From positions 2,145 through 66,144 of the IMG/VR virus record IMGVR_UViG_3300033571_014797: a DNA stretch of 64,000 bases; one strand, given 5' to 3'. Source of the DNA: a virus. Taxonomy: Duplodnaviria; Caudoviricetes. Below are positions 1 to 10,438 of this stretch, piece by piece (the stretch's first letter is position 1; each line of letters starts with the position of its first letter). The notes below the pieces were generated by a model. That model was not told where the DNA came from. It was given only the letters and a program-made list of their open reading frames with translations, and did no database searches. Made by a program: the position numbers and the translations under genes.

Positions 1-1009
1 CGGCACGATTTAACTGACTAGCAGTTACTAATAGAATTTGTAATTCTTTTGCTAAGTTACGAACTTCTTCTGCTACATATTTGTCCTTTACGAACAAGTC
101 ACTGGGACTGACTTTAGCACTGACTGGCATTAACAGATCGAGATAATCAATCATAATAAAATCAATTTTACGACTTGTTTTAATCTGAAGCTCTTTAAGA
201 TAAGCACGAATATCGTTTACATTACTTTGAGCTGGCATGTACTTGATCTGCAAGTTGCCAGAACGCTTGTGCATCATTCGCACTTTCATATCAACATTAT
301 CAATATCCTTAAAGATATCTTTACTACCAATGTTTGCAAGCATACTGTCAACACGCATACTAGTCAGTTCTTCACTAAGTTCTAATGTAATATAAACACC
401 ATTGAGCCCTAACAACATCCAATTGACAGCAATATTCTGCATGAATAAAGATTTACCACTACCGGATCCGCCAGCAAAAATATTGAGTTCGCCTTTGTTG
501 AATCCGCCGTATAACAATCTATCTAATGTAGACCAGCCTGTACTTACTTGTCCGTTGTTTTCTTTAATTTTCAATAATCGAGCTTTTGGATCAGCAAAGT
601 AATCTGTACCCATATCTTTAGTTAAACTAATTTGTACAGCATCTTTAATTAACTTTTCAACTGGATCGTACTCACCCTTTTCCAATAAGTCTGCCGCTTT
701 AAGAATTGCACGTTCTAATTCTTTTTGTCTAGTAAACCCTTCAAATTCTTCAAGAAACCAATTGTAATGATCTTCATTAAGTCCCGGAGCAGGTTGTAAA
801 TCACTTCTGCAAACAGCATTGATTTGCTCAAAAGTAGGCATTGTGTTGTGTCGCTCACAATGTTCTTTCATAAACTCTGCTGCCAAACGTAAACTAGGAT
901 CAAAATTTTCAATATTATAGATATTTTGAACACGTACAAAACTCTGAGGGTCTTGTAGCATCATTTCTAAAAATAATTTTTGGATATTAGCTTTATAAGA
1001 TTTAGACAT
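1..1009 (-). CDS. Replicative DnaB/gp41-like DNA helicase (runs off window start)
   Basis: Hand translation from ATG at 1009: MSKSYKANIQKLFLEMM...GELNIFAGGSGSGKSLFMQN (Walker A)...IMIDYLDLL...VTASQLNR; absent from the ORF track. Confidence 0.9.
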   Translation of the reverse strand, partial: MSKSYKANIQKLFLEMMLQDPQSFVRVQNIYNIENFDPSLRLAAEFMKEHCERHNTMPTFEQINAVCRSDLQPAPGLNEDHYNWFLEEFEGFTRQKELERAILKAADLLEKGEYDPVEKLIKDAVQISLTKDMGTDYFADPKARLLKIKENNGQVSTGWSTLDRLLYGGFNKGELNIFAGGSGSGKSLFMQNIAVNWMLLGLNGVYITLELSEELTSMRVDSMLANIGSKDIFKDIDNVDMKVRMMHKRSGNLQIKYMPAQSNVNDIRAYLKELQIKTSRKIDFIMIDYLDLLMPVSAKVSPSDLFVKDKYVAEEVRNLAKELQILLVTASQLNRA

Positions 1010-1070
1010 TATCTGTATAATAACTTATTCAATTGTATTTGTCATTATCTATTCATATAATAAGTATCAC

Positions 1071-2195
1071 ATGTTTAAATCAATCGAACCCGCATTTGCA
1101 CCTGAGCATCGACCAAGCTTTCTATTAGATTGGGAAGTTACATTACGATGTAATTTAGATTGTAGCTATTGCAATGAATGGGGACATGATAATAAAACTG
1201 CTCATCCAGAATTAGACCGTTGCAAGAAAACAATCGATTTTATGTTTGAATACGTAGATTTGTATATGCAACATAAAGCCAAATGGACCAAAAGTGTAGT
1301 GTTAAACATTTATGGCGGAGAAAGTTTATTTCATCCCGATATTGAAGAAATATATAAACTGCTAACATTAAAATATAAAGAAAATTATGCAGACAAGTGG
1401 CCGCTAACAGTAAACACAACAACCAACTTAGTAGCTGGAAAAAACCTATTAAGTAAATTATTGCCCTATATCGATAATTGGGTTGTGAGCTATCACACTG
1501 AAGCAAACGAAAAACAAAAAAAGCAAGTTAAAGATAATTTACTTTTTTTGAAATCAAAAAACGCCAACATTAAAGTTACTGTATTAATGAATCCTTCAAA
1601 ATTTGAAGATGCTATTACTATGATAGATTTTTGTGAAGAAAATAAAATAAATTATCTTCCAAGACAATTAGATCAACTGGAAGGCAGCGATCGTTTCAAT
1701 TACAATAAAGATCAAATAAATTGGTTTAACAATTTTTATAAAAGTAAAACTTATAAAACAGAAGCATTACATATTGAAGAAAATGATAACACTGATTTAA
1801 GCCAAGAAGGTCGTGCTTGTTGCGGCGGGCGCCAGTTTTGTTCTAATAAAAATTATAAACAAAGAGAATTCTTTATTTCCAATCGATTTACAGATTGGAG
1901 TTGCAGTGTAAATTGGTTCTTTCTTTATATTAAACAACAGACAGGTAACATTTATAATAACAAAGACTGTCGGATGAGATTTGACAATACAGAAGGACCA
2001 ATTGGTACTATAGATCAAGCTGATAAATTAATTGCGGATTTAAAACATTGGTTAGAAACTAATTCTATGCCAGTTATTAAATGTGCAAAATCATCGTGTT
2101 GGTGTGGAATGTGTGCTCCAAAAGCAGAAAATATTGAAACTTTTCACGAAATAATTCCTAAATATCTAGTTGGTAATCCATTTGCGACTACGTAG
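1071..2195 (+). CDS. Radical SAM protein with Cys-rich C-terminal extension
   Basis: CNLDCSYC (CxxxCxxC), YGGES motif, C-terminal Cys cluster. Confidence 0.85.
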   Translation: MFKSIEPAFAPEHRPSFLLDWEVTLRCNLDCSYCNEWGHDNKTAHPELDRCKKTIDFMFEYVDLYMQHKAKWTKSVVLNIYGGESLFHPDIEEIYKLLTLKYKENYADKWPLTVNTTTNLVAGKNLLSKLLPYIDNWVVSYHTEANEKQKKQVKDNLLFLKSKNANIKVTVLMNPSKFEDAITMIDFCEENKINYLPRQLDQLEGSDRFNYNKDQINWFNNFYKSKTYKTEALHIEENDNTDLSQEGRACCGGRQFCSNKNYKQREFFISNRFTDWSCSVNWFFLYIKQQTGNIYNNKDCRMRFDNTEGPIGTIDQADKLIADLKHWLETNSMPVIKCAKSSCWCGMCAPKAENIETFHEIIPKYLVGNPFATT

Positions 2196-3182
2196 TTGTA
2201 TTTTTAAATTACTAGTTTCAACCGAATCTAATATACTGCGCATAGTAAACAACTGTCCGTAACGTTGAACTGCGTCAGCGCAATCTTTAATATCTTCTTC
2301 CCAATTTGGAAATGCAACGTTCCAACCATACTCCATTGCATCTTTTATTAGATTCATGCCAGGCTTGTCTCTGTCAGGAATAACAATAACTTCGCGATTC
2401 AAACTGTCGATAACTAATGCTTGTTGTTCGCTACACTCATTATTGGTAACACTAAGCCCGTCAATGGCTACAGCATCTAATATACCTTCAACTACCAAAC
2501 AGAATTTTGCAGAAGACTGCTGTCGATCATAATTGAATACAAAGTGTGGAGGATGTTCTGTGTAATACTTGCGTTTACCAGGTACAATTAATCTACCAGT
2601 ATAGCCCATTGGTTGATTAAGAAATGTGAATGGAATTAATACACGGTTATACATTGGAGATTCTCGATCATTGTGCCAATAAAACTGATCCAATCTATCA
2701 CTAAACCCGCGACTGTCTAAATAAGCTATCACAGTTTCGATTTGCTGTTGATCTTCTACACTAACACCTTCTTTAATAAACCAATCGAGTATATTATGTC
2801 CAGGGCAGTGTTCTTTTGATTCATATTTGGGAAGTTCTTTAACAGCTTCCTTTTGAATATCTAAACTAACATCTAAGTTACTGAGGGCAAATAAACTAAG
2901 TCGACGAATGTCATCTTCACTGACGCCCAGCCATCCCAATAGCTTACGCATTTTGAGATTTAATCGACGACCTGGTTGCCATCCAGCAGTAAACCCGCAA
3001 TTAAAACAATGATAGCTGGCACCGCCATCGCTAGCTATCATTCCGCCCCTACCTCGAGTATCAGTACTTTGACCGTTATGTTGACAACAAACAGCATTAC
3101 TGCTGATCCAACCGCTTTGAGTTTGTTTGGTTTTACGACCATTTACCCAAGCTGATAGAATTTCTTGTTGCAATTCAGACAT
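2166..3182 (-). CDS. DNA primase (Zn finger + TOPRIM)
   Basis: CC..YHCFNCG Zn finger, VVEGILDA and IPDRDKPG TOPRIM motifs; near helicase. Confidence 0.85.
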   Translation of the reverse strand: MSELQQEILSAWVNGRKTKQTQSGWISSNAVCCQHNGQSTDTRGRGGMIASDGGASYHCFNCGFTAGWQPGRRLNLKMRKLLGWLGVSEDDIRRLSLFALSNLDVSLDIQKEAVKELPKYESKEHCPGHNILDWFIKEGVSVEDQQQIETVIAYLDSRGFSDRLDQFYWHNDRESPMYNRVLIPFTFLNQPMGYTGRLIVPGKRKYYTEHPPHFVFNYDRQQSSAKFCLVVEGILDAVAIDGLSVTNNECSEQQALVIDSLNREVIVIPDRDKPGMNLIKDAMEYGWNVAFPNWEEDIKDCADAVQRYGQLFTMRSILDSVETSNLKIQLRSRKWITN

Positions 3183-3201
3183 ATTTTATTATAGCATAAA
3201 A

Positions 3202-4020
3202 TTAAGGTCTGTAAAGAATTTTATCCAGTGTGCCAGATTCAGTAGTTATTTTAAATCGAATAAATCCAATTTTTCCACTAAAGTTATCAAATATACACCC
3301 AGTGTAGTCAATGAACTGCCTGTCTGTTATATTAAACCAATCATCTGGATAACTGGTCATAAGTGAACTCATGCTTCCTTGTATTTCAACTGTTCCAGTA
3401 AAGTTGTTAGCATAATATTGAACAGTTTGTAAGACAGATCTTGCTTTTACTCTACTTAATACATTTAACACATTTGAATAAGAAACTTCATCAATTGAAT
3501 ATCCAGCAAAATTTGGATTATTGTTATAAAATGGGCCAATATCAGGTGTTAAACTAGCAACAAATTTAGGATAAACACCATCATCTACTCTTGCTATCCC
3601 TTGTGCATTATAATTGTCGTCAGCATACACAATACGATCTTCATTTTCGCCTGTAATTAATTTAATACTGTAGTAATAACTACCAGCTGCAACATCATTT
3701 AATTCTCTATCATTTAATACAAGAAACGCCATTCCTTTTTTGTCAGTATAAACTGACACTGCTCTAGTAAAAACTAGTTCAGAATTAGTACTGTCTATTA
3801 GATTGAACACAATTGTAGTATCCAACAAACTTTGTAATTTTTGATCTTGATTTTTGAAAAGCAGCTTGATTTTGTTATCAATGCCTTTAATTATTTGTAA
3901 TGGCTTTGCATACACTAGCTGATTCTCCCCACGAACAAACGGGTCCAAATTAATTACCAGGTCCATTGTTTGGTTATATAAATATCCTGAGATTGATTGC
4001 ACTTTGAACCCCCGTCTCAC
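3202..4020 (-). CDS. Hypothetical, probable virion structural protein (true start probably ~4003)
   Basis: Long beta-rich ORF; function inferred from composition only. Confidence 0.55.
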   Translation of the reverse strand: MRRGFKVQSISGYLYNQTMDLVINLDPFVRGENQLVYAKPLQIIKGIDNKIKLLFKNQDQKLQSLLDTTIVFNLIDSTNSELVFTRAVSVYTDKKGMAFLVLNDRELNDVAAGSYYYSIKLITGENEDRIVYADDNYNAQGIARVDDGVYPKFVASLTPDIGPFYNNNPNFAGYSIDEVSYSNVLNVLSRVKARSVLQTVQYYANNFTGTVEIQGSMSSLMTSYPDDWFNITDRQFIDYTGCIFDNFSGKIGFIRFKITTESGTLDKILYRP

Positions 4021-4029
4021 GAAATATTT

Positions 4030-4404
4030 ATGTCATTAAGTTTGGAACAATTGTTAGAAAAATATCCCTTCCTCAGCTTCATAAAATACACTCATAGCGA
4101 CTACGTTGGCGTCATACAGAATCATGATGGTGATATTGTTAGCATGTATGCTTTTAATAAATTAAGAACAGAAGATCATAAATTAAGATTTTTAGAACAA
4201 GCAGATATATGGTGGTGGGAAAGCAATAGATTAATTCCTATTAATATATTTTTAAAAGATTCTTGGAATGATTTTCGTTATAGTATGGTAACATTAAATG
4301 TTAAAGACATTAAAGAACAACAAGGTCATGTTGTTAGTCTCAGCAACTTAGCTAATAAAAGAACTAAACGTAGGGTAGTACAATTAGTTCGAAAGTTGAG
4401 TTAA
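4030..4404 (+). CDS. Hypothetical phage protein
   Basis: ORF; ATG at 4030 lies downstream of a TATAAATA late-promoter-like motif. Confidence 0.6.
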   Translation: MSLSLEQLLEKYPFLSFIKYTHSDYVGVIQNHDGDIVSMYAFNKLRTEDHKLRFLEQADIWWWESNRLIPINIFLKDSWNDFRYSMVTLNVKDIKEQQGHVVSLSNLANKRTKRRVVQLVRKLS

Positions 4405-4965
4405 TAGATTCATATGTAAAACAACTAAATGTGCATAAGCAACACTATGTGATTTCTTAAAACTATAAACATCTTCAGTCTTATCCCAAATGCTTTCTCC
4501 AACTTCCTTCCAAGATTTACCGACAAGGTGTCTCTTGCCAGGACGAATCAGTGCAATAAACATAGCCATTCGAGCAATTGAATTTACAGGTTCAGGCATT
4601 TTCTTTAACAAATCATAATGATTGCCAATGTGAATCACTTGTTCTACAAACTCGCGATGATCTAACATTTCCCATAATGGTTCTGTAGCAATTAATTGAT
4701 TAAGATGTGCTTCATCTTTTACCATACCATATACATGAACATTTAACAAGTCTAATTTAATATAGCCCATTTCTTCTGCTGTTTGATAATCAATATTGGC
4801 AATATTTGTAAATGGATCTTGAGGAATAGGATTAACATATACACCTGTATTATGTTTAATCCATTCATTATTGCGATTAATAGCAGCTGGAATATGTGCA
4901 ATATGTTTAAGAACTAGCTCCCTATCAGCAAAGTCAATGTCAATATCTGCGCTAAATTTCTTCAC
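4384..4965 (-). CDS. Minimal DNA polymerase III alpha (DnaE)-like catalytic core protein
   Basis: DIDIDF, KHNTGVY, KLDLLN and YSFKKSHSVAYA match the DnaE motifs PDIDxDF, HAxG, KxDxLG and YxFNKSHxxAY. Confidence 0.8.
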   Translation of the reverse strand: MKKFSADIDIDFADRELVLKHIAHIPAAINRNNEWIKHNTGVYVNPIPQDPFTNIANIDYQTAEEMGYIKLDLLNVHVYGMVKDEAHLNQLIATEPLWEMLDHREFVEQVIHIGNHYDLLKKMPEPVNSIARMAMFIALIRPGKRHLVGKSWKEVGESIWDKTEDVYSFKKSHSVAYAHLVVLHMNLLTQLSN

Positions 4966-5258
4966 TGTGATTCTTTCTTAATTAAATCAAACAAGTCTTC
5001 AGCATATTCATATTCATAATTATTTTCAGGAAAATGCGTTTTAATTCGTTGTCTAACATATATGGTTCGCCACCAAACGAATTTAGATACTTCCCAATAT
5101 GTACGATTTGGTGCATCATCTGTTGGTACTTTAATTATAATTTTTGTAGGAAACCAACAGAACTTAGCCTGCCAAGGTGACCATGTTTCTTTATAACCGC
5201 CGTAGTTCACTTTAATATTACCTTTTTGATCAATATACCAATCTTTGCCATGAATCAT
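4962..5258 (-). CDS. Hypothetical protein
   Basis: ORF with 4-nt overlaps in the operon. Confidence 0.55.
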   Translation of the reverse strand: MIHGKDWYIDQKGNIKVNYGGYKETWSPWQAKFCWFPTKIIIKVPTDDAPNRTYWEVSKFVWWRTIYVRQRIKTHFPENNYEYEYAEDLFDLIKKESQ

Positions 5259-5983
5259 AAGCCTGCTTCTCGAAGAATATATTTTGCTAATTCAGCATCT
5301 GCAACATAATCTTTAAGCTTTTTCTGCCAAATATCAGCATCAATATATGCCCATATTAAATGTATTTGTTCTTCATTTAGTTGGGCCAAAGCATTATTGC
5401 CACTGTCACAACAGTAAAGACACCAGCCAGTGATGCGCCCGTTTCTAATATCAGCGACGAGTCTGTTAGATGAAATATTTTTGAAATAATCATTAAAATT
5501 TGCTCCTGATGAATCTGCCCATTCTTGCATGTGTTCAATTGCTCTTGCAAGTGCATCTTCAGCAGCTTCAGTCATTAGCAACTGCAACAAATATTTATCG
5601 TAAATTTGTTCCCTGCACCAATGATCTAATTTAAAATTATTCTTTAACACAAAGTCAATAAACTTGCTGGCGTTGATAGCACGAATATTATGACAGTATC
5701 TACCAAACTTTACAAATGCACCATAAAACTGACTTTTGCAAAAGTCATCATAGGTCTTTAGTTTAGCACTACCTTGACTGAGCTCATAAAATCTAATCCA
5801 AGCTTGATAACCTAAACTAACTCCTACATCTGTTTTCTGTTGAGCTCTGCGTTTTGGCTCGCATTGGTGCGCAGTTAAAGTACTTTCTTTAATAAAGCCT
5901 TTACTGCAATATTGGCATTTATGTTCGCCTTCTTTTGCATTAGCTACTGCTTCAGCAATTAAGTTCGACATGTCTTGTTTCAT
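5255..5983 (-). CDS. Hypothetical protein with C2H2-like Zn finger
   Basis: CQYCSKGF...HQC. Confidence 0.65.
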   Translation of the reverse strand: MKQDMSNLIAEAVANAKEGEHKCQYCSKGFIKESTLTAHQCEPKRRAQQKTDVGVSLGYQAWIRFYELSQGSAKLKTYDDFCKSQFYGAFVKFGRYCHNIRAINASKFIDFVLKNNFKLDHWCREQIYDKYLLQLLMTEAAEDALARAIEHMQEWADSSGANFNDYFKNISSNRLVADIRNGRITGWCLYCCDSGNNALAQLNEEQIHLIWAYIDADIWQKKLKDYVADAELAKYILREAGL

Positions 5984-6383
5984 TAGCTTTCTCTAAGTAT
6001 GCAATAGCTGCTCTAAGTAAATCAATATTATCTTTGAAATTGCCCAATGCTCTATTGCATGAATGACATAACCATCCTCGAAACTCTCCTGTTTCATGAT
6101 TATGATCTAAACACCATGTTCCTACTTTTTTGCCACCCTCGCCCATACATTCTTCTTCAGTTCGTTGACATATTTCACAACAATGATTGTAAGGAGGAAC
6201 TAAAGTTTTAAATTGATTGCGTTGTCTAACTTGTGCTTTTTCACAATCCTTGCATTTAGAACGTAAATGTTTAGCACCTGAATTATTGCCGTAGCAGCTT
6301 AATGCTTTGTCAATCCCGCATTGATTGCAAACCTTAGTTTCTAATTCTAATCCATCAAATAAATCATATATGGTTGATGTCAT
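5952..6383 (-). CDS. Endonuclease VII-like nuclease
   Basis: CEIC...LDHNHETGEFRGWLCHSCNRALG EndoVII signature. Confidence 0.85.
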   Translation of the reverse strand: MTSTIYDLFDGLELETKVCNQCGIDKALSCYGNNSGAKHLRSKCKDCEKAQVRQRNQFKTLVPPYNHCCEICQRTEEECMGEGGKKVGTWCLDHNHETGEFRGWLCHSCNRALGNFKDNIDLLRAAIAYLEKANETRHVELNC

Positions 6384-6643
6384 AATGATGTTTCAGTCCA
6401 GCTTGGTGCAAATACATTAGTGGACTGTTGCTTACTGAGTTCATGTACTACTCGAACTTGATGTAATGCATCTTGAACACTGGGATGATTATTTTTCATA
6501 ATCTCTTTCCATTCACGCCACCATATCATAAACTCATGCATTTCATAACCTGCACTAACTTTAATCTCTTGCCCACCATATACTTCTTGAACGCTTGTGG
6601 TAAACCATCCAGGTTGATCAGTCATAAAATTTTTAATCGCCAT
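6380..6643 (-). CDS. Hypothetical protein
   Basis: ORF in operon. Confidence 0.55.
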   Translation of the reverse strand: MAIKNFMTDQPGWFTTSVQEVYGGQEIKVSAGYEMHEFMIWWREWKEIMKNNHPSVQDALHQVRVVHELSKQQSTNVFAPSWTETSL

Positions 6644-7136
6644 TGTCTTTGCCTTTCACTGCATCTTTGATCTTTTTATCATCCCACCCTAAATTCTTTA
6701 ACTGCTCAGTTAATTCTGCATCTGATGTTATGTTACTCAGTAGTTCTGCTTCTTCAAAACTAATATGAGGGTGCAGACTTAAAAACAATTCTGCACGTTT
6801 ATTTTTTGAAGTTTTTTTCTTAAATGCAATCCATTCATGTTTATTAACTCGAGCACCCGGACTAATGGTTGTTAGTAGTTGCCATTGTAGTTTTGGGTGT
6901 TGATTTAGCAACCAAAAATTTCTATTCACACGTTGATTAGCAACTTGAACATAAAAACTTGCTAGCTCATCATTGCTAACACTGCTATGCCCGCTCATTG
7001 ATACTGCACTTGCCCAACGCAGCAATATAAATGTGCTAAATTTTTTTCGTTCTTCTGGTGTCAGTTCATCATAAAAATTTCTATTTTTGAGATCCAATTG
7101 CCGCATCTCATTGTTGATGTTAAGTTTGTCTGACAT
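6633..7136 (-). CDS. Hypothetical, possible clamp-loader small subunit (gp62-like)
   Basis: Size, helical character and the FSTFILLRWAS segment; weak resemblance only. Confidence 0.4.
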   Translation of the reverse strand: MSDKLNINNEMRQLDLKNRNFYDELTPEERKKFSTFILLRWASAVSMSGHSSVSNDELASFYVQVANQRVNRNFWLLNQHPKLQWQLLTTISPGARVNKHEWIAFKKKTSKNKRAELFLSLHPHISFEEAELLSNITSDAELTEQLKNLGWDDKKIKDAVKGKDNGD

Positions 7137-7147
7137 ACTTTAACTTA

Positions 7148-7648
7148 CTATAATATTTTTTGAATGTCAATACATTCACTAGCACGACTAATATCTTTAA
7201 CAAAATACGCACATACAGGATTTGGTCCAGCACTAATTGGTACACATAATAGTTGGCCGTTTCTTAATTTAGGGAAGAACCATTTTACATCTTGATAGAC
7301 ATCTACAATTTCTATGGGATAAAATTGTGCTCTGAAACTTTTAAGTGGATTAAATGTAAATGCTTCAAATCCTCTGTCATTCAGCTTAGTAAGTGGTAAT
7401 GCTTCTAAATCACCTATTTCTGCTTCGCCAATTAATATTCGCCAATTGTAAGGCATTTTAATTGTGTGTGGTCCAATCTTTAAAACAAGTGCAGGATCAT
7501 TAAATGATTCAAGAAACACTAACGGTAAAAAGAAATAATCAGGTTCGGCTGGATTTGAATTATCTAATACACAGAAACGTAAGTCAGTTACTTCATCTGG
7601 TAATTGTGTCATTTCAAATACTGTATTATCAACTGTTAAAATTCTCAT
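7148..7648 (-). CDS. Hypothetical phage protein
   Basis: ORF coupled to uvsW. Confidence 0.6.
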   Translation of the reverse strand: MRILTVDNTVFEMTQLPDEVTDLRFCVLDNSNPAEPDYFFLPLVFLESFNDPALVLKIGPHTIKMPYNWRILIGEAEIGDLEALPLTKLNDRGFEAFTFNPLKSFRAQFYPIEIVDVYQDVKWFFPKLRNGQLLCVPISAGPNPVCAYFVKDISRASECIDIQKIL

Positions 7649-9132
7649 TTATAATTAACCTTTTCAATAGTAAATGGGTAATTGGCCTCCTTATAGAATT
7701 GCTTACGTTTTGTTAAATGACGCTTTGCAAATTTGCAATTACCTGTTATGTCCCAAATTTGAACATGATCTTTATCTTGTGCTTTACGAATTCCACGACC
7801 GATAGACTGAATGACACGCACAAAAGACTTACCAGGCTCAATAAGAACAAGATTAAAAATCCTGGGAATATTAATACCCACAGCAGCAACGCCATAGGTG
7901 GCAATGATTGTCTTGTCCATGGTGTCGGCAACTTCGTCATAATGTTCCTTTCTATTCACAGATTTCATATCGCCATTAATGAATACACTATTAGGAATTC
8001 GAGTAGCAAGTTCTTCACCTGACTCAATACGATCTACTAGAATTAATGTATTGCCTGATTTAATGATTTCACTAGTAAGTTTGGCAATATAGTCCAACCT
8101 ATCCTTGTTGGTAGTAAGGTATTTAAGTTCCTTTTGATAGTCAGTAAAGTCTGCGTGTTCTTCAGTTTGAATAACATTCACGTGACATTGTGCTAACACT
8201 CCCTTGTCTTGTAATTCGCTAGCACTAAGCCTACTAATAACTTCACCAATGGAAACTTTAAGGCTGACAAATTCAAACTGTTCTTTTGGAACTGTACCAG
8301 TTAGGCCCCAACGTATTGGAATATGTCCCATATATTCTGTTAGTAGACTTTTAAGAACATCTGCTTTAGCCATATGTACTTCATCAACAATTACCGCAAC
8401 AACGTCTTCAATGAAATCTGCCATTGTAAGACCTGTTTCTTTTTCTTTTTTAAGAATGTTGTTTAGGCTTTGCCAAGTACAAATTGTATGTGTACGCCCA
8501 TAATCTTTTTGATCGCCAAAATATACACCAACATCTAATCCCATATTAACATAATCGGCGTGTGTTTGTCTTACTAGATCCTTATTAGGAACAATAACAA
8601 TGGTTCGCCCATATGTTTCACATTTTTGACTTAATGCAGCAGTCATTATTGTCTTGCCTGCACCTGTCGCTACTTCTTGTAAGCATTGCAGATTTGAAAG
8701 AAAATCGTTGATTATTTCAACTTGATAATCTCGCAATTCAATAGGTTGTCCTTCTGCTGGATGCCCCACTGGCCATTTAATATGACTATAACTGTTTTCA
8801 TTTACTGTTTCAAAATTAAATTGAATTGTGGATGTTCTTTGATCTTCAAGATCGATATTGTAATTACGTTCAGTTAACCACTCGATAATTTCAGGTAACA
8901 AGTTAACATATGTAGAGCCGCTTAGTTGAAAATAAGCAACTTTGCCATCCCACCGTCCTAATCTAACTGCTGGAAGATAACGTGCATAAGGCACTTCATA
9001 TTTGAATTTAGACACCAGTCTTCTTCGAGTATCTGGATCCAAACCTTCAATTTTACAGTTTACTTCATCATAAATTACAAGCTTACAATTTGCCATTGTA
9101 ACTAATTTAGTATAGATAGTTATCAATGTCAA
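7645..9132 (-). CDS. uvsW: UvsW-like SF2 DNA helicase (start probably 9096)
   Basis: LRDYQ, ATGAGKT, DEVH, GLTGT, QSIGRGIR. Confidence 0.88.
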   Translation of the reverse strand: MTLITIYTKLVTMANCKLVIYDEVNCKIEGLDPDTRRRLVSKFKYEVPYARYLPAVRLGRWDGKVAYFQLSGSTYVNLLPEIIEWLTERNYNIDLEDQRTSTIQFNFETVNENSYSHIKWPVGHPAEGQPIELRDYQVEIINDFLSNLQCLQEVATGAGKTIMTAALSQKCETYGRTIVIVPNKDLVRQTHADYVNMGLDVGVYFGDQKDYGRTHTICTWQSLNNILKKEKETGLTMADFIEDVVAVIVDEVHMAKADVLKSLLTEYMGHIPIRWGLTGTVPKEQFEFVSLKVSIGEVISRLSASELQDKGVLAQCHVNVIQTEEHADFTDYQKELKYLTTNKDRLDYIAKLTSEIIKSGNTLILVDRIESGEELATRIPNSVFINGDMKSVNRKEHYDEVADTMDKTIIATYGVAAVGINIPRIFNLVLIEPGKSFVRVIQSIGRGIRKAQDKDHVQIWDITGNCKFAKRHLTKRKQFYKEANYPFTIEKVNYK

Positions 9133-9136
9133 TAAC

Positions 9137-9173
9137 GAAAAAAGGCAACAAGCATTATTACTTGTTGCCTTCT
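9137..9173 (-). terminator. Intrinsic terminator
   Basis: AAGGCAACAAG...CTTGTTGCCTT hairpin flanked by an A-run. Confidence 0.6.
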
Positions 9174-9195
9174 AAAATTACAAATTTGAAATATA

Positions 9196-9504
9196 TCAAT
9201 TATCTTTTTCTAAAAAAGCCTTTGTAATAGTTTGCATATCTTTTTCATTACTAATTCTACAGTCAGTAAACGAATCAGATTTAATTATGAAAGCAACCAA
9301 TTCAGCTGAAGTAACTGGTTGACCAGTTACTTTATTATCAACTTCTAATGCTTCATTTTTCATCAACCAATTGACAGCATGATACATGCCTACTGCATAA
9401 CCTCCTTTGCTGCCCTGACTAAAACCTAGCCTATACTGAAACACAGTGTTGAAAATAAACAACACAAACAATGTACCCAAGAGGGTGTAATCAAACGTTG
9501 TCAT
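9196..9504 (-). CDS. Hypothetical membrane-anchored protein
   Basis: N-terminal hydrophobic helix; GGAG RBS. Confidence 0.6.
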   Translation of the reverse strand: MTTFDYTLLGTLFVLFIFNTVFQYRLGFSQGSKGGYAVGMYHAVNWLMKNEALEVDNKVTGQPVTSAELVAFIIKSDSFTDCRISNEKDMQTITKAFLEKDN

Positions 9505-9523
9505 ACTTACATCTCCAATTTAT

Positions 9524-9793
9524 TTAACAACGGATACCAATACCTTCTAGCATCTTAATTGCTTCACGATTGGCACTGTCGTCAACTAGCGTTTCTAGTA
9601 GATCCATAGCCATAAGTTCATTGTCAATGACTTCTGTATCACGAGCATTAAAATTATTCAAATCGTTCCAAAGATTTTCAAAGCTAACATCATCCCAGTT
9701 ATAGTTGATGTAATACTTCTTACCATCCCATTGCCATTGCCGATCAGTAGCCATACGCTTCTTTTTCATTTTACTTTCTCCAATTATTTGCAA
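9524..9793 (-). CDS. Hypothetical protein
   Basis: ORF with RBS before the internal MKKKR start. Confidence 0.55.
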   Translation of the reverse strand: MQIIGESKMKKKRMATDRQWQWDGKKYYINYNWDDVSFENLWNDLNNFNARDTEVIDNELMAMDLLETLVDDSANREAIKMLEGIGIRC

Positions 9794-10048
9794 GGGTTTC
9801 GATTAGAAGAAAAATAATATAACCTATAGCGAACCAAAAGAATACTGCAATTGGAAGTAGAATCCCAAAAGTTAAAACATCATGCATTGTAATCATGCTG
9901 CTATCTCCTCATCATACAGACGTTTAGCATCGTCTAATAGCTTTACTGTATCAATAACAATGAAGCTAGTACCGCGCCAATAGCCAATAAGCCAGGCATT
10001 AAGTTGAGTATCATATCGCTTGATCAATCTCATTTTAGTCTCCTGTTA

Positions 10049-10438
10049 TTAGTTTCTGAAGTCTATCTGCGGAATGATCGCAGCAGGTTTGAACGTCACA
10101 CGATAATGGTATACGTTCACCGGAGCAGCATCCATCTGCTCGGAGAAATACGTCACGTTATCGCTAAGTCCGAGGAAGTGCTTTTTGTATTGCGAAGCTC
10201 CAGTTTTACAAGTAACTGCTAACTTCTTATCAGTCTGCTGCTGTGAGCACAGTCCTTCAATCTTAAGAATATAGTCGTTCGTGATACCATTATAGAACAC
10301 AATACGGCGCATGATCTCAAAATTGTCAGCAGCCTTCGAAAGGTTTCCTGATGCAATCTCTGCATCACTACACCCAGCGAGACCCAATCCCAGAACAGCC
10401 ACAGCGAAAAGATTCTTATTCATTTTGGCACTCCTCAA
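10049..10438 (-). CDS. Phage lipoprotein
   Basis: Signal peptide with LAGC lipobox. Confidence 0.75.
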   Translation of the reverse strand: MRSAKMNKNLFAVAVLGLGLAGCSDAEIASGNLSKAADNFEIMRRIVFYNGITNDYILKIEGLCSQQQTDKKLAVTCKTGASQYKKHFLGLSDNVTYFSEQMDAAPVNVYHYRVTFKPAAIIPQIDFRN

